Assembly: GCA_965221205.1 (NCBI GenBank)
Contig: OZ244870.1
Span: 1,374,782-1,438,781 of the forward strand
Reading direction: 5' to 3'
DNA length: 64,000 nt
DNA from: a bacterium
Lineage (GTDB): Bacteria > SM23-31
Below are positions 10,602-21,249 of the stretch, one piece after another. A program made the translations under genes and the position numbers. Position 1 is the first letter of the stretch; every line of letters starts with the position of its first letter. Under the pieces are notes generated by a model, which searched no databases, was not told the origin of the DNA, and worked only from the letters and a program-made list of their open reading frames with translations.

Positions 10602-11147
10602 TTGACAAATAAAAGCAAAATTATATTCCTGACCGGATTTATGGGATCAGGAAAATCGACTATCGGCCCACCGCTGGCAAAGGATTTAGGATTTGATTTT
10701 TTTGATATTGATGCGATTATCGAACAATCTGCCGGAAAGTCGATTCCCGAGATTTTCCAGCAAGAAGGTGAATCGCTTTTCAGGGCGCTTGAAAAACAGG
10801 TGCTATTAGAGTGTGTTGATAAAAGTAATTGTGTTATTTCGCTTGGCGGGGGAACACTGATTGATCCTGAGAATGTAGATACTGTAAAGCAAAGCGGATT
10901 GCTTATTTATCTTTCTACAAAGCCCAACAGCATCTGGGATAGGGTCAAAAAATCCAATATACGTCCGCTGCTCCAAAAATCCGATGGCTCACTGCTCAGC
11001 GAAAGCGAAGCCCTTCATCTCATAGAACAACTGCTTGTAATACGTCAAAAGGGATATAACAATGCGGATGTTGCTATTCCAACGGATGGTAAAAGTATCG
11101 ATAACGTGCTACGGCAGCTTCACAACCATATTACAGACATAATGTAA
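10602..11147 (+). CDS. aroK: shikimate kinase
   Basis: IFLTGFMGSGKSTIG P-loop with a shikimate-kinase-like fold. Apparent TTG start preceded by AAGGAAG. Confidence 0.85.
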   Translation: MTNKSKIIFLTGFMGSGKSTIGPPLAKDLGFDFFDIDAIIEQSAGKSIPEIFQQEGESLFRALEKQVLLECVDKSNCVISLGGGTLIDPENVDTVKQSGLLIYLSTKPNSIWDRVKKSNIRPLLQKSDGSLLSESEALHLIEQLLVIRQKGYNNADVAIPTDGKSIDNVLRQLHNHITDIM

Positions 11148-11511
11148 ACGTACTATTCAATTCTTTTCATCGATTGATAGTACGATTCATATATATCGTT
11201 TACAGAAATATCCTTGCATTACATTGAAAATTGGATTCAGGTAAAGCACCCTCTCAGAATACTAACCTATCTATTATATTAACTATTCGAGGTTCGTATG
11301 TACATTCCCTTAAAAGGTTGCAGAAAAAGGCTGTTGCACTATACTGCAATAACGATTATATGTGCTTTTTTGCTGACGCTGCTGCTCAGAGTACAGCAAA
11401 TGTGAATAAGCCGATACAGAATCAACTTTAGAATCGTTTACCGGCTGGTATTTCAGATATAGTGATTCCCCAATAGATGTTTCTGTTCGTGCAGTTGCCA
11501 AACTAAAACCA

Positions 11512-12107
11512 TTGTTGAAGAAAGCGAGTGGCGAACAAGAAAAGATTCAACAATCTCTGAACATACTTGAAGAAAATAACAAAGTGACAGTGATTGCAGA
11601 TAAGCGGATTGCGAAAATTGTCAAAAGTCCGAAAAGTTTTACCAGACTTGATGAAGCTGATGTGCAAAAAGTTGATCTCCATGAAGGAATTGAGAATACG
11701 GTCACTCTTTTGCAGCACGGATTAAAAAACAAAATTGAAATCTATTATGAATTCGGTACATTGCCACCCATCACTTGCTACCCGAACCAGTTGAATCAGA
11801 TTTTTATGAATCTCCTCAAAAGTGCAATACAGACTATTGACAATGAAGGACTGATTACCATTACAATGTGGACTGAAAATGTATCTGTATTCATCCGAAT
11901 ATCCGACAGTGGCAAAGGTATTCCGCAGGATACAATACCAAAAATTTTCGATCCGGATTTTACACAAAAAAGTGTCTGGGTCGGAACCGGTCCGGGGCTT
12001 TCAGTGTGTACAATATAATTCGGAAACATAATGGTTCGACCCATGTTGGGAGCACTGTAGGGAAGGGGAGTGAATTTACTATTGCTCTGCCTGTTGAACT
12101 AGTATAA
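11512..12107 (+). pseudogene. histidine kinase remnant (HATPase_c only), frameshifted near 12005-12015
   Basis: N box NLLKSAIQ, G1 ISDSGKGIP, G2 GTGPGLSV. After a GTGTGT dinucleotide run the sequence continues in another frame as YNIIRKHNGSTHVGSTVGKGSEFTIALP. No H-box or sensor region precedes it. Confidence 0.5.
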
Positions 12108-12115
12108 ATAAAGTT

Positions 12116-12153
12116 AAAAAAAGTACCGGAAATGGTAACTCCGGCACTTTTTT
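12116..12153. terminator. bidirectional Rho-independent terminator between the HK remnant and aspC
   Basis: AAAAAAA-gtaccgga-aatggtaac-tccggcac-TTTTTT. Confidence 0.65.
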
Positions 12154-12179
12154 GTGTAATTTTAGCACGTTAATTGTGC

Positions 12180-13373
12180 TTAGGAAAGTTTTTTAAGACC
12201 TTCCTCAAAACGGTCAAGTCCAACTTTCAGTTCTTCGGTTCCAAGAGCATACGAAATACGTACATGATCGTCGTTTCCGAATGCCACACCTGGAACGGGT
12301 GAAATGAGCATCTCTTCGAGCATAAAAGAGCAGAATGAGAGTGAATCGGTAATCTCGAAATCTTTGTACTTCGTTCCGTAATATTGGGAAACTTTCGGGA
12401 AAATATAAAATGCACCTTTCGGATTGAATGTTTCGATATTGGGCATTTTCGAAATTCTGTTAAACGCCATATCACGCCGTTCTGCGAAGACTTCAAAAAT
12501 ATCGCTCAACTCTTCTTTCGTTTTTGAAAGAGCAGTGACACCCGCGTACTGTGAAATACTTGATGCATTTGACGTGGAATGGCTCTGGTATCGTGCCATC
12601 GCTCTGATTATCTCTTTCGGTCCACCTGCATAGCCGATCCGCCATCCGGTCATGGCAAACGCCTTCGATAATCCGTTGATTGTAATGGTAATATCTCTGA
12701 ATGCAGGGTCGAGCGATGCAATTGCATGTGCGGCTTCACCGTCATAGGTAAGGTATTCATACAACTCATCGGACAAGATCGTAACACCGTTATTCAGACA
12801 GATTTTTCCAATTTCAATCAGCAGTTCCTTGCTATACATTGTCCCGGTTGGATTCGATGGTGAATTTAGAAAAAGCAGCTTTGTCTTTTCAGTGATAGCC
12901 CTTTTAAGAGTTTCCGGATTAATCAAGAATAAATCGTCCAGTGTGGTATCGAGATAAACCGGCACACCGTCTGCAAGTTCGACCATAGAGGGATACGACA
13001 CCCAGTATGGTGTGGGTATGATTGCTTCGTCGCCGGGATTCAGGAGTGCAAGAACAGCATTGAATATTACATGTTTCCCTCCTGAACTGACAATAATCTC
13101 ATCCATAGAATAGTCAAGGTTGTTATCCCGTTTAAATTTTTGATCGATTGCATTTTTAAGTTCGATCGTTCCGTCAGCGGCAGTATATCGTGTTTGATTT
13201 GTATCAATGGCTTCCTTGCCCGCATCTTTAATGAAATCCGGTGTCGGGAAATCGGGTTGTCCTGCAGCAAGAACAATAACATTTTTACCATCTCGCTTCA
13301 TTGATTCGGCAAGAGCAGTGATCTGCATTGTAACCGAACCTTTCATAGTCTTAACTCGATTCGATAACTCCAT
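12180..13373 (-). CDS. aspC: class I/II pyridoxal-phosphate aminotransferase (aspartate aminotransferase-like)
   Basis: 397 aa with a typical AAT fold. SKAFAMTGWRIGY places the PLP lysine in SKxFxMTGWR. Confidence 0.85.
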   Translation of the reverse strand: MELSNRVKTMKGSVTMQITALAESMKRDGKNVIVLAAGQPDFPTPDFIKDAGKEAIDTNQTRYTAADGTIELKNAIDQKFKRDNNLDYSMDEIIVSSGGKHVIFNAVLALLNPGDEAIIPTPYWVSYPSMVELADGVPVYLDTTLDDLFLINPETLKRAITEKTKLLFLNSPSNPTGTMYSKELLIEIGKICLNNGVTILSDELYEYLTYDGEAAHAIASLDPAFRDITITINGLSKAFAMTGWRIGYAGGPKEIIRAMARYQSHSTSNASSISQYAGVTALSKTKEELSDIFEVFAERRDMAFNRISKMPNIETFNPKGAFYIFPKVSQYYGTKYKDFEITDSLSFCSFMLEEMLISPVPGVAFGNDDHVRISYALGTEELKVGLDRFEEGLKKLS

Positions 13374-13405
13374 AATACTGTCAACCTTTCATTCAAGAAT
13401 ATCAA

Positions 13406-13888
13406 TTACATAGCGCTGAATTTTTCTTTAAGGAGCCCTTCCACTAAGGGAGAGACAAAATTAGATACATCTCCTCCGAATCTGGCAATTTCACGAACAA
13501 TTGTCGAGTTCAGATAGGTGTACTTTTCATTCGGCATAAGAAAAACAGTAACGATTTCATCTTTTAGCCGCCTGTTCATAAGTGCCATCTGCATTTCATA
13601 TTCAAAATCTGTTACGGCACGCAGCCCCCGAATGATTGTCTGTGCACGTTTTTGCTCCGCATAGTCAACAAGAAGACCGGAAAATGCGTCAACTTCAACA
13701 TGATTAAATTGCTTTGTTATATCACTTATATGTTTGATCCGTTCATCAACCGAAAAAAAAGGTGTTTTCGTAATATTTTCAGCTACAGCGACTATTACCT
13801 TGCTGAATATGTCCGCTGCACGCTCAATAATATCAAGATGGCCGTAAGTAATCGGATCAAAAGATCCGGGATAAATTGCTGTTGTCAC
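13406..13888 (-). CDS. coaD: phosphopantetheine adenylyltransferase
   Basis: N-terminal PGSFDPITYGH(L)D nucleotidyltransferase motif. 160 aa. Confidence 0.9.
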   Translation of the reverse strand: MTTAIYPGSFDPITYGHLDIIERAADIFSKVIVAVAENITKTPFFSVDERIKHISDITKQFNHVEVDAFSGLLVDYAEQKRAQTIIRGLRAVTDFEYEMQMALMNRRLKDEIVTVFLMPNEKYTYLNSTIVREIARFGGDVSNFVSPLVEGLLKEKFSAM

Positions 13889-14436
13889 AAGTCCCTTCTT
13901 TCAAAAATTGTGATGCGCGTATCTCCAAAATGTTTTTCCCGCAGTGTTGCTAAAGATACCTCATCGGTTGCAACTACACTATGTATTCCCGACTCAAGGA
14001 TGAAAACACCGTTATCATCCAGCACTATACTATTAGCAATTGCACGCATCAGTGAATCATGTTCGCCGTAATCATACGGTGGATCAGCATGAATAATTTG
14101 AAACCTGTATTTTTTTGGATGTCTGCGGCGAAGAAATTTCAGAGCATCTTCTCTTACCATCCGAAATGACTGATCGCAGCCGAGGGGACGTAGATTGTTT
14201 CTTATGAGCTGACCTGTATTCGTGTCAACCAGAACTGCGAATTGGGATCCTCTGCTAACAGCTTCAATTCCCATCACGCCGGTACCTGCAAATAGATCAA
14301 GAAAATGTGCTCCATTTATATATGGTTCAAGGAATTGAAATATCCACTCACGAGTTTTGTCAGTTGTTGGTCGGATGGGGTACCGAGTTTTTCCTGAAAC
14401 GTGAATTCCCTTAAATTGTCCTGCTTGCACTCTCAT
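13885..14436 (-). CDS. rsmD: 16S rRNA (guanine966-N2)-methyltransferase RsmD
   Basis: LDLFAGTGVMGIEAVSRG SAM motif and DPPY motif, of typical RsmD size. Confidence 0.8.
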   Translation of the reverse strand: MRVQAGQFKGIHVSGKTRYPIRPTTDKTREWIFQFLEPYINGAHFLDLFAGTGVMGIEAVSRGSQFAVLVDTNTGQLIRNNLRPLGCDQSFRMVREDALKFLRRRHPKKYRFQIIHADPPYDYGEHDSLMRAIANSIVLDDNGVFILESGIHSVVATDEVSLATLREKHFGDTRITIFERRDL

Positions 14437-14443
14437 TACTTCA

Positions 14444-15331
14444 TCACATTAGTATCTCAAATTGGAAATTCAAAACCGAAGACTCTCCGTTTAGGATTCT
14501 GTGCAAACCAGAACTCGAAATCTTTGTAATATTAAGGTTTAACCGTTTCTCCAGAATAGAACCCAGATAATGTAGGATATTTGTTTCAGTGCCCTGAAGC
14601 TTGATCCATATCGGCAGGAGTGATATATTATTACGGACGGTAGGTACTGTATTGCCGCGTTCGCTGATGGTTACATTACTCTCTTGAGATATAGCATTTA
14701 GAACGGAAAGATTAGCATCAGGTGTTGAATAGTCAGGCGATGGGGAAACATCTGTCATGTTCATATCGTTTTTTCTGTTCCCCCAGATTTGCAGGGTCGA
14801 CTCCGTCGGTCTGAAATCAAACGTATAATCCGGTAATGCATTGGATATCGTAGACTGAAGCTCAACCAAAACATCCGCATCTATTTCTATTAATTCGGCA
14901 ACAATTCCATTTCTGCTGATGACAATTACATTATAGTCAGTTGTTTGCGGAAGAGCATGTATTAGGGTGGTAAACGCTTCGATGTGCGTTATACTTAATC
15001 CATAATCCCAGGGGAGTACTACTGTTTCCGGCTCCGGTTCCTGTACAGGTTCTGGTTCCTGGATAACCGGTTGTTCCTGCTGGGTGGCTAACTGCCGTTC
15101 TGCAAGCACCCTTTTTAAGCTGTCGAGACGTGCCTGTTGCGTATCAACTGCGGGAGCAGGAGAGGTATACATCATTCCGACAATTGTATCGCCAAAAATC
15201 AAAAACAGGCCCAGAAGTAAAACTGCGCTTCCGCCATATATCCCGACTTTTTTCCGGCTGAGCTGACTCAGAATCGACAGACCTTCAGGCTTTGTTTTTT
15301 GTTTTCCCCTTAAGAGATTTATATCTATCAT
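14444..15331 (-). CDS. PilN-like type IV pilus assembly protein with E/P-rich linker
   Basis: N-terminal MIDINLL (PilN INLLP-like), a single TM helix, a low-complexity linker QEPEPVQEPEPE, and a position directly downstream of the pilM-like gene. Confidence 0.45.
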   Translation of the reverse strand: MIDINLLRGKQKTKPEGLSILSQLSRKKVGIYGGSAVLLLGLFLIFGDTIVGMMYTSPAPAVDTQQARLDSLKRVLAERQLATQQEQPVIQEPEPVQEPEPETVVLPWDYGLSITHIEAFTTLIHALPQTTDYNVIVISRNGIVAELIEIDADVLVELQSTISNALPDYTFDFRPTESTLQIWGNRKNDMNMTDVSPSPDYSTPDANLSVLNAISQESNVTISERGNTVPTVRNNISLLPIWIKLQGTETNILHYLGSILEKRLNLNITKISSSGLHRILNGESSVLNFQFEILM

Positions 15332-15360
15332 ATCATAAAAATGTATGTGCTGTCATGCGC

Positions 15361-16308
15361 TTAATGTACGGTCAATCCAAGCGCCTCTACATACTGTGAA
15401 TTATCCGCCGAATAGTCTATCTGATCATGAAGCTTTGGATCGAGTCTGACTTTTTCAAATGGATTGAAGAGGGTGTATGTCCGATCAGCGGATTCAATTA
15501 TAGGTGCAATATCGTGTTTTGTGTTTGTTCGGTACAAATAAACATGGTCAAAGTCATTCTTATCGGTACTAAGCTCATAATTACTGAACAGCGTCTGCAA
15601 AGTAAGTGAAATAAGCTCTTGGACCAAATTAATAAAATCACTTTGAACAGAATTGTCAAGGAATAAGTGATGATGACCTATGAAAAAATTTCCCTCTAAA
15701 AGAGAGAATACAAGTTTCCGCTCTCCGATTTCAACGAGAGCAATTTTTTCACGAGGATGAAATTTGTAGTTTGCTTCGAATGCATTTACTGCCGAAAGAA
15801 CATCAACATTGATAAGCTCTAAATCCAATCCGGCATGTCCGCTCATTTCCTGAAAAAACGAGACCACTTTTTTTCGTGTTCCGACAAGCACTAATTCGGG
15901 ATATTTTACAGAAGGAGATTTGATAAGCTTATACGAATCGAAAGTATAATTTTCTATATCATCATCGATGTATTGTTGTAGTTCCCAAGCAAGATGATCA
16001 GTTAATTCTTTATCTGACAACTCCTTGCTAAAGGGTATTTTAACAATATTTCCAATTTCGAGATCTACTGAAAGGGCGAGTTTTTTTGTGCTGATGTCAT
16101 TAAGGCTGATTATCTTTTTGAGCTCTGAGCCAATCATTTCAGCACCAGAATCCTGGGTAAACATATCAATGCTGAACGAAAGGTCGCTTGATACATCAAG
16201 CAGTTCAGTAACTTTGAAATTCTTAGCAGCCTCTTCTGTTTCGATCAGATAGGGATCTTCAGATCCAAAACTCAATCCGAGTTTGTGGTTCTTACTTATC
16301 TTCGCCAT
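15361..16308 (-). CDS. PilM-like actin-fold pilus assembly ATPase
   Basis: 315 aa. N-terminal LGLSFGSEDPYLIE resembles PilM IGLDIGSxxIKxVE. Sits just upstream of the pilN-like gene. Confidence 0.45.
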   Translation of the reverse strand: MAKISKNHKLGLSFGSEDPYLIETEEAAKNFKVTELLDVSSDLSFSIDMFTQDSGAEMIGSELKKIISLNDISTKKLALSVDLEIGNIVKIPFSKELSDKELTDHLAWELQQYIDDDIENYTFDSYKLIKSPSVKYPELVLVGTRKKVVSFFQEMSGHAGLDLELINVDVLSAVNAFEANYKFHPREKIALVEIGERKLVFSLLEGNFFIGHHHLFLDNSVQSDFINLVQELISLTLQTLFSNYELSTDKNDFDHVYLYRTNTKHDIAPIIESADRTYTLFNPFEKVRLDPKLHDQIDYSADNSQYVEALGLTVH

Positions 16309-16314
16309 GAATAA

Positions 16315-16869
16315 TTACCAGGATGTTTCATTTCTCTGGTTTATCCACCCATGATTGTTGGTATTTCTTGTAAAGACTATGTATAGCGTTTGTGCTTTGG
16401 GCTCAGTCGGGCAGGAGACGGTGAAACCTTTCGGAGCATCTTCACGTTGTTCTTCATCCTCTAAAGGAGTAATTATATAGGGCTCATCTGCGGCAGGGCA
16501 GGTTAGCAAGGAACTGAGTGAAAGGTCCATCTGATGGTATTCGTAAGTCGGTGAATTGACTTTTACACGGTTTGCAAAGTCCTGACTGCTATTTAAATTA
16601 ATCATAGAATCGACTTCGACACTATATCGTTCATTTTCAAGAGCAAACTGCGTTAGCTGTTCCAAGCTGTCGGCATAGACATCGTTAATTCGGAAAAACT
16701 GATTCTGTGCTTCAATAATCATTGCAATATGGAATCGGCATGAATCCTGTTCATATAACTCTTCTTCCCAAATCTTTCCGGGCTTATAGATAGAATAAGC
16801 GAGTACAATAATAAGTAATCCAATAATTATTTTTAGAAAAATAGTTCCTTTAGCCTTAGGATAAGCCAT
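16315..16869 (-). CDS. hypothetical membrane-anchored protein
   Basis: N-terminal TM helix IFLKIIIGLLIIVLAYSIY. No recognisable family. Confidence 0.35.
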   Translation of the reverse strand: MAYPKAKGTIFLKIIIGLLIIVLAYSIYKPGKIWEEELYEQDSCRFHIAMIIEAQNQFFRINDVYADSLEQLTQFALENERYSVEVDSMINLNSSQDFANRVKVNSPTYEYHQMDLSLSSLLTCPAADEPYIITPLEDEEQREDAPKGFTVSCPTEPKAQTLYIVFTRNTNNHGWINQRNETSW

Positions 16870-17204
16870 TACTCCTCCATTATATAATCAGCGCGAAATA
16901 GTAAGCGTCTCGTCATACGAATGCAAACCGGATTTTACCGGTTGTAACAGTGTTTTTCCAGAGAACTCTTAATATTGAAATGTATCAGCGCAATCTTCTG
17001 TTTTCAATTTCTGTCTGAGTATGTTTTCGTATAAAACCGTTATAATAGCGGTTGAAGCTGAGAGAAAAATCCCCTCACTTCAACCGAAAACACTGTGTAA
17101 ATTCGGTGTGATTACAATAATAGTTGTACTGGTTAGAAATTGACAATTTAGTTACTTAATACATAAAAGTCAAGCAGGAATTCGCACAGTTGAGAGTGTA
17201 TGTT

Positions 17205-17645
17205 CTATTTGTTCAATCCATCAATATATTGTTGTATAACCTCTAGTTTTTTCCGGCCGATTCCGGAAACGGAGAGGAGCGCCTCAAAATTGTTCAACGG
17301 GCCATTCTGCACGCGAAAATCAAGAATTCTTTGAGCAAGCACATTGCCGATCCCCGGTAACCTAACAAGCTCTTCTTTTGTGATAGTGTTGACCGTTGGT
17401 ATGATCTTTTCGGTTTCTGGCGTCTGTTCAAGATGTGTGGTACTTCGCAAGATAAATAGGCTGTCTTCATGCGAATAATCAAATATAACTGCAGAGTTTT
17501 CCGGTATGGAATGAGAAGAGTAGAAGTTCAATACTGCACCAGTGAGGATTGCCGCAAAGAGGATGAGTATAACAATTCGCTCACGGGGGTTAAAACTGAA
17601 ATTTTTAATTAATGTAGTCTCTAATTTTCCTAAAGATTCCATTTT
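17205..17645 (-). CDS. comEA: ComEA-family helix-hairpin-helix DNA-binding competence protein
   Basis: C-terminal tandem Hh[14 protein letters not shown] and [10 protein letters not shown]. Start placed at the internal Met to avoid the overlap with dnaJ. Confidence 0.7.
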   Translation of the reverse strand, partial: KMESLGKLETTLIKNFSFNPRERIVILILFAAILTGAVLNFYSSHSIPENSAVIFDYSHEDSLFILRSTTHLEQTPETEKIIPTVNTITKEELVRLPGIGNVLAQRILDFRVQNGPLNNFEALLSVSGIGRKKLEVIQQYIDGLNK

Positions 17646-18753
17646 TATCTCGAGGGAGGGAGTTTTCTGATTGCGCAAGTTCGGCAAACAACTCTTTTTC
17701 CCGTTTCGATAGAGTAATAGGAGTATATACGAGAACAAGGACAAGCTGGTCTCCCACAGACCTGCTGTTCAAGTGGGGAAGCCCCTTGCTCCGCATGCGC
17801 AGAATTTTTCCCGACTGGATACCAGGGGGAATTGTGAGTTTTGCACGACCGTTTAAGGTCGGAACATCAATTTTATCACCCATCACAGCCTGGGTAAAAC
17901 TTACCCGCAGCTTCAGGAGGATATCATCGCCATGACGCTCAAAATAGTCGTGTTCTTTTTCTTCGATAACAACGATCAGATCGCCAGCAACACCGTTGTA
18001 TTTTCCGGCATCGCCCTGTCCGCGAAGTGTTATATAATTTCCGGAGCTGACGCCTACCGGTATCGTGACTTGTATAGTTTTCTCTTTCCGCACAACACCT
18101 TGACCGTTACATGTCGGACATCTGTCTTTAATAATGGTACCTTCACCGTTACAGGCGCCGCACGCTGTGATATTCACGAATTGTCCGAAAGCTGTCCGCT
18201 GTACCTGCCGGATTTCGCCATTGCCACCGCATGTCTGGCAACTTGTTTTGGAGTTTCCATCTTTTGCACCGGTGCCGCCGCATGTCTCACAGGAGACAAG
18301 TTTTTTGATCTTTACTTTTTTCGTTATACCGGTTTGAATTTCTTCAAGTGTAAGGCCAAGCTTAACCTGAAGATCTTGTCCTTGATACGTATGTGATCGC
18401 CGGCCACCAGATTTCCTGCCACCTCCGAACCCATCGAAAATATCGCCAAACCCGCCAAAATCATTGAAAAAATCGCCGAAATTACGGAATATATCTTCAA
18501 CATTTGAATACCCCCGATACCCGGTACTCCGTACTCCCTCATGGCCAAACTGGTCATACCGCTGCCGCTTTTCAGAATCGGAAAGAACATCATAAGCCTC
18601 AGCTGCTTCCTTGAACTTATCTTCAGCTTCAGTGCTGCCTGGATTCCGGTCAGGATGGAATTTCATAGCTAATTTTCGATATGCTTTTTTCATATCGTCT
18701 GTACCGGTATCTCTTCCGATACCAAGTACTTCATAGTAGTCTCTTTTAGTCAT
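17605..18753 (-). CDS. dnaJ: molecular chaperone DnaJ
   Basis: J domain with HPDRNPG, a G/F region, and four CxxCxGxG repeats. Confidence 0.9.
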   Translation of the reverse strand: MTKRDYYEVLGIGRDTGTDDMKKAYRKLAMKFHPDRNPGSTEAEDKFKEAAEAYDVLSDSEKRQRYDQFGHEGVRSTGYRGYSNVEDIFRNFGDFFNDFGGFGDIFDGFGGGRKSGGRRSHTYQGQDLQVKLGLTLEEIQTGITKKVKIKKLVSCETCGGTGAKDGNSKTSCQTCGGNGEIRQVQRTAFGQFVNITACGACNGEGTIIKDRCPTCNGQGVVRKEKTIQVTIPVGVSSGNYITLRGQGDAGKYNGVAGDLIVVIEEKEHDYFERHGDDILLKLRVSFTQAVMGDKIDVPTLNGRAKLTIPPGIQSGKILRMRSKGLPHLNSRSVGDQLVLVLVYTPITLSKREKELFAELAQSENSLPRDKNGIFRKIRDYIN

Positions 18754-18763
18754 AACGGTCTTA

Positions 18764-19363
18764 CTACTTACTTACACTCACTTTTGCATGACGGATTATT
18801 TTTTCATTGAGAGAGTACCCCTTTTCGAACGTTTCAACAATATGGCTCGAAGGCACTTCTTTATTTTCGAGTTGAATCATTGCATCATGTATTTCAGGAT
18901 TAAACTCTTTCCCGTCTGAATCCATGATTTTAAGTCCGGAATCCTCCAAAATTTTGAAAAACTTCGCAAAAATTAATTCAACTCCTCTACGGAAATCTTC
19001 TTTACCATTGTCATCAATTTGCTGGTTCAGTGCCCGTTCAAAATCGTCAATAACCGGAAGCAATTTGTGAATCATCGATCCATTAGCCTGAGATATTAAT
19101 TCGCCGTATTCTCGCTCAATTCGTTTTGTATAATTATCAAATTCTGCAAGTTTTCTGAGGAGTTGATCTTTGAGGTCATTATTCTCTTTTTGTAACCGCT
19201 CTACTTCGGATTGCAGCTTCTTAATGTCGGTTTTCTTACTCTTTTTCTGTTTTTTAGAAACATTACTCGTCTTGTTTTCATCCTGCATCTCAGATGTTTC
19301 CGGAGCTGTATCTTCCATATTTTTTATATTGTCCTTACGCATAGTATTATTTTGTTTTTCCAT
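18764..19363 (-). CDS. grpE: nucleotide exchange factor GrpE
   Basis: 199 aa with coiled-coil and GrpE C-terminal motifs. Lies between hrcA and dnaJ. Confidence 0.85.
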   Translation of the reverse strand: MEKQNNTMRKDNIKNMEDTAPETSEMQDENKTSNVSKKQKKSKKTDIKKLQSEVERLQKENNDLKDQLLRKLAEFDNYTKRIEREYGELISQANGSMIHKLLPVIDDFERALNQQIDDNGKEDFRRGVELIFAKFFKILEDSGLKIMDSDGKEFNPEIHDAMIQLENKEVPSSHIVETFEKGYSLNEKIIRHAKVSVSK

Positions 19364-19398
19364 TAATTCACAATGCTTGCAAAATACAAGCTATACTA

Positions 19399-20301
19399 TT
19401 AATTAAATGACTGATTAATAACTTCGGCAGTGTAATTGACAAGGGGCACAATTTTTGGATACCACATTCTTGAAGGACCGATTATTCCGAGCGTGCCCAT
19501 ATGGCTACTGAAAGAATATGGAGTGGAAATGATTGAAAATGTTTTACTCAGATCGGGATTGTCAATTTCACCGATACTAATCGACACACCAGGCATTTTA
19601 TCCTGCTGATGAAATTCAGGTTGCTCAACTATGTTTTTCGTCCCACCGACAAAAATTTTGTGTCGGTCAAATTGAAAAAAGATATCCGCGGATTCTATAA
19701 ATAATCTGATAATTTCCGAATTTCCGAGATTTACATCGTGCAGTCTGCGTCCGATCGTCTCCCGTATTGTCAGTTCAGCGCTTTTAATGACTGAAGGTAT
19801 CTCAACGACAACACTTTTAACAATACCGGTTCGAAGTGACAAAACAATTAACAACTTATCATGTGCAACTTCTACCAGCGAAATCTTCTCAAAAATCGCA
19901 TCTTCGAAATTTGGGCCGATGACAACGCCAAGCTGATTTGAAACCATGCTTAAAATTTCCGATGCTTTAGTCAGAAGATATTCGCTGTTTTTATCGATAG
20001 TTTTTATAATTTCCCGGATTTTTTTCTTGAGATTGCTTGGGAGTTTTTCTACCTGCATAATGTTGTTTACATACAATCGATATCCCATAGAAGTAGGAAT
20101 TCTGCCTGCAGATGTGTGGGGATGTGTTAGATATCCTGCATCTTCAAGATCAGCCATGACGCTGCGAATAGTTGCAGGACTGAGCTTTAGTCCAAAATGT
20201 TTTGCAATTGTCCGCGAACTGACTGGCCGTGCAGTACGAATATAGCTTTGAATCACCGATTGGAGTACTACTTTATGACGTATTGAAAACGATTCTAACA
20301 T
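19399..20301 (-). CDS. hrcA: heat-inducible transcriptional repressor HrcA
   Basis: RxxxIL...Y...ARPVSSRTIA winged-helix N-terminus. The ORF extends to 20361; a more plausible start is at MLESF. Confidence 0.85.
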   Translation of the reverse strand: MLESFSIRHKVVLQSVIQSYIRTARPVSSRTIAKHFGLKLSPATIRSVMADLEDAGYLTHPHTSAGRIPTSMGYRLYVNNIMQVEKLPSNLKKKIREIIKTIDKNSEYLLTKASEILSMVSNQLGVVIGPNFEDAIFEKISLVEVAHDKLLIVLSLRTGIVKSVVVEIPSVIKSAELTIRETIGRRLHDVNLGNSEIIRLFIESADIFFQFDRHKIFVGGTKNIVEQPEFHQQDKMPGVSISIGEIDNPDLSKTFSIISTPYSFSSHMGTLGIIGPSRMWYPKIVPLVNYTAEVINQSFN

Positions 20302-20398
20302 GATCGATATATGTGAAACGTTAATCCGTTTGTTGAATACTTTTGCAAAAAATGAATTCAAAAAATATAAAGAATAATTAAAAATGAATCAAGTGAAA

Positions 20399-21247
20399 TC
20401 AGAGCCTGCTAAGATACTTCCGAACTGCGTTATAACTTCCACTGATTCCCAATAGACAACCTCCGCCGATAACTGACACCACTATTCTTTGAGGAAATTG
20501 AAAACTCAGATCAAGAAAGTAATTTGCTAAATGGCTCAATCCAACTGCAATTCCGATGCAAATCAATCCCCCCAGAAACCCCTGCAAAAATCCCTCAACT
20601 ACAAACGGTCCTTTTATAAAACGATTAGTTGCTCCGACAAGTTTCATGACTTCAATCGAATTCTTTCTTGAGTAAATAGAGAGCTTGGTTGTGTTTGCGA
20701 CTAATAGTAGCGTAAAAAAAATCAGCACAATTCCCGTAATGCTGTGGAGAATCCAAATCGATGTCCTGTAGCGGAAAATATCAAATATAAAATCGCTATA
20801 TGCTACAACATCATCCACTCCACTCAGATTTGACACAAATTCAGTCAGTGAATCGATCGAATCACGGCTTAGCAAATCAGGTTCGAGACCTATCCGGAAT
20901 GAAGAAGGGAGTGGGTTTTCTCCCAGCAAAGAATAAATATTTTCACCAATCTCTTCAGCAAACAATACAGCAGCGGAGTCTTTGGATATAAAATGTACCG
21001 ATCTTACACCGGGATAGGTGCGAAGTTCTTGCTGCAGCGATTCGATTTCACTCGTCTGTAACGATTCATTAAGAAATACTTCGATTTCGGCAGCGGAATC
21101 AAAGAAATCTGACGACTCCATAAGTTTTAGCGTGATGGCAAAAAACAGACCACTAATCAGAAGCGAAAGAGCAATCATTCCGGTGACAATAAGCGAAGCT
21201 AGTTTTGTGCGGAAGAGATTCCGTATACCTTCAAAAAGTAAAAACAT
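20399..21247 (-). CDS. ftsX: FtsX-like ABC permease
   Basis: Four TM segments with a large periplasmic loop. Sits downstream of ftsE. Confidence 0.75.
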   Translation of the reverse strand: MFLLFEGIRNLFRTKLASLIVTGMIALSLLISGLFFAITLKLMESSDFFDSAAEIEVFLNESLQTSEIESLQQELRTYPGVRSVHFISKDSAAVLFAEEIGENIYSLLGENPLPSSFRIGLEPDLLSRDSIDSLTEFVSNLSGVDDVVAYSDFIFDIFRYRTSIWILHSITGIVLIFFTLLLVANTTKLSIYSRKNSIEVMKLVGATNRFIKGPFVVEGFLQGFLGGLICIGIAVGLSHLANYFLDLSFQFPQRIVVSVIGGGCLLGISGSYNAVRKYLSRL

Positions 21248-21249
21248 AA

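Noticed and set aside
12227-13413. Small ORFs overlapping aspC on both strands.
   Set aside because: Lie within or antisense to a complete aminotransferase gene. No motifs.
16921-16960. Plus-strand hairpin aaccgg-atttta-ccggtt followed by gtaacagtgttttt, as a terminator.
   Set aside because: No plus-strand gene ends upstream of it. On the minus strand, downstream of comEA, the hairpin is not followed by a T-run.
17605-17744. 140-bp overlap of the comEA ORF with dnaJ.
   Set aside because: Resolved by using the internal Met (MESLGK) as the comEA start. Not a real overlapping-gene arrangement.
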